From the NCBI GenBank assembly GCA_963678065.2, contig CAXXVZ010000005.1, forward strand, positions 480,001 to 544,000: 64,000 nt of DNA, read 5' to 3'. Positions 60,141 to 64,000 of this stretch are shown here, piece by piece (position 1 is the stretch's first letter; each line of letters opens with the position of its first letter). The notes beneath the pieces were generated by a model. It saw only the letters and a list, made by a program, of their open reading frames with translations, was not told the DNA's origin and made no database searches. A program made the translations under genes and the position numbers. Source of the DNA: Treponemataceae bacterium (GTDB lineage Bacteria; Spirochaetota; Spirochaetia; Treponematales; Rectinemataceae).

Positions 60141-61067
60141 CTACTTGTACGAGATGCGGGGGTCGAGGAGTCCGTAAACGAGATCCACGACGAGGTTCAT
60201 GACGACAAGGATGAGAGAGTAGACGACTACCTCACCCATGATGAGGGTGTAATCCCGGTTGATGGCGGATTGGACGAAGGGGCGCCCGATGCCGGGGACC
60301 AGGAAAACAGTTTCGACGACGACAGAACCTACGACGATGCCGGAGAAAGCAGGGCCGAGATAGGTTACGACGGGAAGGAGGGCGCCTTTGAGCACGTGTT
60401 TTCGCACGACGACGGACTCTTTGAGGCCTTTGGCCCGCGCCGTCCGGATGTAATCCGAGCGCAGGACTTCGAGAATGCTGGCGCGGGAGAGGCGCGCGAT
60501 GTAGGCGAAGTAGGGGAAGGACAGTGTCAGGGCGGGAAGAATGATGGCTTTGAGCCCGTGGGTGGATATCCACTGGCCGATGGGGAGGATCTTAAGCCTC
60601 ATGCCAAAAAAAAGCTGAAGAATCGGTCCCATGACGAAGAGGGGCACCGATATTCCGATTACGGCGATCGAGACGGCGAGATAGTCGGGCCACTTGTTCT
60701 GCTTGAGGGCCGAAATAATGCCGACGAGAACGCCGAAGATGACGGCCGAGGTCAGGGCCGTGACACCGAGGGACAGAGATACAGGAAGTCCCGCGTCGAT
60801 CATCTCGTTGACGGTCTGGTCCTTCACGCGGTAGGAAGGTCCGAAATCCCATTTGATGACATTGCCGAGATAGTTCGTGTACTGGACGAGAAGGGGCTCG
60901 TCCAGGTGGTAGCGCTTCATGAGGTTCTGCAGGATGGCCTCGGGTACGTTCCTCTCGCGTGCGAAAGGGCCTCCAGGCGCAAGCCTGATCATGAAGAAGC
61001 TGACCGTAATGATGATGAAAAGCGTCGGAATGATGCTCAAGATTCGTCTGATATAAAATCTGGCCAT
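60141..61067 (-). CDS. oppB: Oligopeptide ABC transporter permease
   Basis: LAPGGPF, DFGPS, DYIRTARAKGL, LLDPRI; start refined to ATG 61067. Confidence 0.95.
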   Translation of the reverse strand: MARFYIRRILSIIPTLFIIITVSFFMIRLAPGGPFARERNVPEAILQNLMKRYHLDEPLLVQYTNYLGNVIKWDFGPSYRVKDQTVNEMIDAGLPVSLSLGVTALTSAVIFGVLVGIISALKQNKWPDYLAVSIAVIGISVPLFVMGPILQLFFGMRLKILPIGQWISTHGLKAIILPALTLSFPYFAYIARLSRASILEVLRSDYIRTARAKGLKESVVVRKHVLKGALLPVVTYLGPAFSGIVVGSVVVETVFLVPGIGRPFVQSAINRDYTLIMGEVVVYSLILVVMNLVVDLVYGLLDPRISYK

Positions 61068-61164
61068 CAGGTCCTGCTCCTTTGTTCGACGCAAAAGCAT
61101 GCCACAGAGAAAAATAACCGTCTGTGCCACGGCCCTCGAGGATGCTAGGCGCCTAAAGTGGAAT

Positions 61165-61196
61165 AAAAAAAACCGCAGGGCGGACTGCCCTGCGGT
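61165..61196 (-). terminator. Intra-operon terminator after oppA
   Basis: Minus strand accgcagggcagtccgccctgcggtttttttt. Confidence 0.75.
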
Positions 61197-61242
61197 CAGA
61201 AGTATAAACCTTTTTCTCGTATTCAGCTAGAGATTATTTTTT

Positions 61243-62790
61243 TTACTTCTTCGGCTGGATGTACTTCCAGGGGTGCTGGTTGAGCGGGTTCGGATACCAG
61301 CCGTCCCATTTGTCGAGGTTGATCATGTTCTGGGTGACATAGAAGTAGATGGGGAGTATGGCCATATCCTGGTTGATGAGGACGTCTTCCGCATCCATGA
61401 GGGTCTTGAGGCGCTCGGCGCCGGACTGCAGGCGGGCGTTCTCGATGGCGTCATCGTACTTCTTGTTGGAATAGAGGCCGTCGTTCTGGGTTCCGCCTGT
61501 GACCCACATGTCGGAGAAGGTGGAGGGATCCAGGTAGTCGGCGATCCAGCCGGCGCGGGCGATGTCGAAGTTGTGGGCAGAAGAGCGGGTATCGAGGTAG
61601 GTGGACCACTCCTGGTTCACGAGGTCTACGTTGATGCCGAGGTTCTCTTTCCACTGGGACTGGATGAACTCGCCGATGCGCTTGTGGTTGGAGCTGGTGT
61701 TGTAAAGGATGCTCATCTTGGGGAAGCCCTTGCCGTCAGGATAGCCGGCCTGGGCGAGTAATTTCTTGGCTTCCTCTACGTTGAAGGCGAAGCCCTTGGC
61801 GGGGGTGTATCCGGCGCTCGGGGGAACGAAGGAGTTGGCGGGAATCTGTCCACCCTTGGTGACTTTCTCGACGAGGGCTTTCTTGTCGATCGCGGAGGCG
61901 AGAGCCTTGCGGACGAGAACGTTGTCGAGGGGTTTGCGGGTCACGTTGATGATGAAATAGTAGGTTCCGTACTCGGGGGCGACATGGAAGTCCTTGCGGA
62001 GCTTGATCTCGTCCATGAGCTCGGAGGGAACGGTGTCGATCCAGTCCGCGGCGCCGGTCTTGTAGAGGTTGTAGCCGACGTTGACATCATCGTTCGGGAT
62101 GAAGGTGATTTTCTTGAGTTTGACGTTCTTGGCGTCCCAGTATTTGGGGTTGGGAACGGCGACGATCTTCTCCTGGGGTTTCCATTCGGAGAGGATGAAG
62201 GGGCCATCGGAGACCCAGTTGGCCGGTTTGACCCAGTCCTTGCCGTACTTCTCGATCGCGTGGATCGGGACGATGGCGAAGGCATAGTGGGTAGTCATGT
62301 CGGCAAAGTGGGGGGTGGGGCCCACGAGGTTTACCTGGAAGGTCTGCGGATCGACGGCTTTGATCTGGACGCTCTCGGGGCCGGCTTTTCCGGCGAGATA
62401 GTCGGCGGCGCCCGCGATGACTCCGGCCGGAAGGTCGGCGTACTGGAAGGCGTTCTTGGGATCCATCTTGCGGAGCCAGGACTTGACGACCGTGTCGGCG
62501 GTGATGGGAACGCCGTCGGACCAAGTGGCCTTGCGGAGCTTGAAGGTTACGGTCTTGTAATCCTTGCTGAAGGTCCAGCTCTCGGCGATTCCGGGAATGG
62601 CGCGGTTGGTCTTAGGATCGGAAACGGTGAGACCCTCGAAGAAGGCCATAGTCAGTCTGTGTTCAGGAACGCCTTCTACATAGTGCGGATCAAGCGAAGC
62701 GGGCTCGGCGCCATTCACGATGGTGAAGTTCTGCGCATTGACGGCAAATACCGTGAGCACAGCAAAGAGGACGACGAGTATTTTCTTCAT
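61243..62790 (-). CDS. oppA: Oligopeptide-binding protein
   Basis: AGGAGG RBS, signal peptide, NGAEPASLDP, FEGL, PGIAESW, WSDG, GPF, ARAGWIADY.DP. Confidence 0.95.
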   Translation of the reverse strand: MKKILVVLFAVLTVFAVNAQNFTIVNGAEPASLDPHYVEGVPEHRLTMAFFEGLTVSDPKTNRAIPGIAESWTFSKDYKTVTFKLRKATWSDGVPITADTVVKSWLRKMDPKNAFQYADLPAGVIAGAADYLAGKAGPESVQIKAVDPQTFQVNLVGPTPHFADMTTHYAFAIVPIHAIEKYGKDWVKPANWVSDGPFILSEWKPQEKIVAVPNPKYWDAKNVKLKKITFIPNDDVNVGYNLYKTGAADWIDTVPSELMDEIKLRKDFHVAPEYGTYYFIINVTRKPLDNVLVRKALASAIDKKALVEKVTKGGQIPANSFVPPSAGYTPAKGFAFNVEEAKKLLAQAGYPDGKGFPKMSILYNTSSNHKRIGEFIQSQWKENLGINVDLVNQEWSTYLDTRSSAHNFDIARAGWIADYLDPSTFSDMWVTGGTQNDGLYSNKKYDDAIENARLQSGAERLKTLMDAEDVLINQDMAILPIYFYVTQNMINLDKWDGWYPNPLNQHPWKYIQPKK

Positions 62791-62978
62791 ACTACCTCCT
62801 GTGAGAAATGTACGAGCTTCTATAATATATAACCGTCTTTCGGGAGCCATGCAACTGTTTTTTTCACGAAGGACGGGTAAAGAGCAACTTCATGAAAAAA
62901 ACGGACGCGCGAGGCTTCAAAAGCCTGGAGTCGCACGGCAGCATTCATGCCGGCTGATCCAGTCGACCGGCCCTGAAG

Positions 62979-63398
62979 TCAATCGACCGTACGCCATTCC
63001 AGGGTTACAAAGACGCCGTCATGGGCCGGAACGAGTCCCGGCAAGGCCGGGCGGGGTGGCAGGAGCAAACCCGTCCACTCGTAGGTCGCCGCAGGCAGGC
63101 CGGAGATCGACTTCTGAAGGTCCCCCTCTGGGTAGTACAGCTTTCCATCCGCCGACCTGATCATGAGTGTGAGATGGGGTTCGGAACCGTAGGCCTCGAT
63201 GACGCCCCGGATCGTGACGATGGCTCCTCCCGGAGAAAGCGCGGGGCCGGCCCCGGGGGCTCTCGTGGTGCCCGTGGCCACGCAAGCGCAGGTCACCGCC
63301 ATCAGAGCCGACAGGGACAGAAACCGGAAGAGAAATCCCGGGCCGAGCCGCCAAGGGGACATACGGGTTCGGCCGGGGTTTCCGTTTGCACCATTCAT
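62979..63398 (-). CDS. Hypothetical exported protein / lipoprotein
   Basis: Hydrophobic stretch ending in VTCAC; G..EAYGSEPH motif; start uncertain. Confidence 0.6.
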   Translation of the reverse strand: MNGANGNPGRTRMSPWRLGPGFLFRFLSLSALMAVTCACVATGTTRAPGAGPALSPGGAIVTIRGVIEAYGSEPHLTLMIRSADGKLYYPEGDLQKSISGLPAATYEWTGLLLPPRPALPGLVPAHDGVFVTLEWRTVD

Positions 63399-63409
63399 AG
63401 TATCGTCGC

Positions 63410-64000
63410 TCACTTGACCATGAGATAGAATTTTACATCCGCGTCGGATGGAGCGTTCAGCGTAACTGCGAGGTCTCCGGTCAGGTTTTTCCAGGCCGTC
63501 CGCGTGTGGATCGAGTTGCCGTAGGGTCTGAGGTCGACGGCAGTCGCGGGATCGAAGTTGCGCGGCCCATAATTGCCGACCCATGCCTGCGTGTCGAGAT
63601 TGTACTGCCTCACAGCCGCGAGGTCTATCGATTCGGCGACATAGCTGATGCCTCCGAGAGACTCCGACCAGGCCTGCTTCAGGGTTTTCAGCGCCGATCC
63701 TGAAGGTTTGTCGGAGAAAAGGAGGGCTTCGCCGTAATGGGAGAAGGCCGCGACGAAATCGTCGCCGTAACCTTCCGCCGACAGGGCCGCGCTCACCGCC
63801 GCCTCGCCCGTCTGATTGTTGGAGAGGATTCTCTGGAAAAGGCTGGCCCCGCCATAATTCCTCGCAAGGTAGGCGCCGAAGGCGAAGGCGCTGGCGTAAC
63901 TTTTCAGGGTGTTCGGGCTCGCGAGCCAGTCCGTCACTCCGGACTCAGGATAATGATAGAGGAACTCCGGCAGACGACTGACCGCGCCGTATGTGGCCGG
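63410..64000 (-). CDS. C-terminal part of an M30 (hyicolysin-like) metallopeptidase, 5' end outside the window
   Basis: Frame is open to the window edge (SRLPEFLYHYPESGVTDW...SYASAFAFGAYLARNYGG); the zinc motif is not in the window. Confidence 0.6.
   Translation of the reverse strand, partial: PATYGAVSRLPEFLYHYPESGVTDWLASPNTLKSYASAFAFGAYLARNYGGASLFQRILSNNQTGEAAVSAALSAEGYGDDFVAAFSHYGEALLFSDKPSGSALKTLKQAWSESLGGISYVAESIDLAAVRQYNLDTQAWVGNYGPRNFDPATAVDLRPYGNSIHTRTAWKNLTGDLAVTLNAPSDADVKFYLMVK

Overview
GC-rich bacterial chromosomal segment, probably from a free-living anaerobic spirochaete. That assignment is an inference from the Opp system, the TrpR/YerC-like gene and the M30-like peptidase. The window is almost fully coding and dominated by nutrient uptake and amino-acid metabolism. 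In order: (1) a Dpp-type ABC transporter, an M20 amidohydrolase, an OmpR-type two-component pair and a DUF1177-AroM pair; (2) a flavodoxin-like gene, a secreted hypothetical and an N-terminal-only methionine synthase; (3) a monosaccharide ABC transporter with two paralogous binding proteins and a YesM/YesN-type pair; (4) metY divergent from an HTH + Cys-rich regulator and metA, with a perfect palindrome between them; (5) a rhamnosidase/CUT1 ABC/YesMN cluster bracketed by a 31-bp direct repeat; (6) TrpR-like regulator, cyclophilin and a membrane protein; (7) a sigma54-promoter operon iorA-iorB-ptb-(Mpv17/PMP22-like)-buk-hisC-like-B3/4; (8) a more AT-rich ~10 kb block with a peptide ABC transporter, amidohydrolase, creatininase-like, Thr-aldolase-like and S9 hydrolase genes, lying between that operon and a sigma54 activator; (9) radical SAM, AAA ATPase, a complete oppABCDF and a partial M30-like peptidase. 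No rRNA, tRNA, CRISPR array or transposase/integrase was recognised. Best leads: the candidate Cys-rich methionine regulator with its operator, the amino-acid oxidation operon containing an Mpv17-like membrane protein, the repeat-bounded sugar island, a 17-bp-period palindrome array and frequent leaderless gene starts. All family assignments come from recognising motifs by eye; no database search was run.
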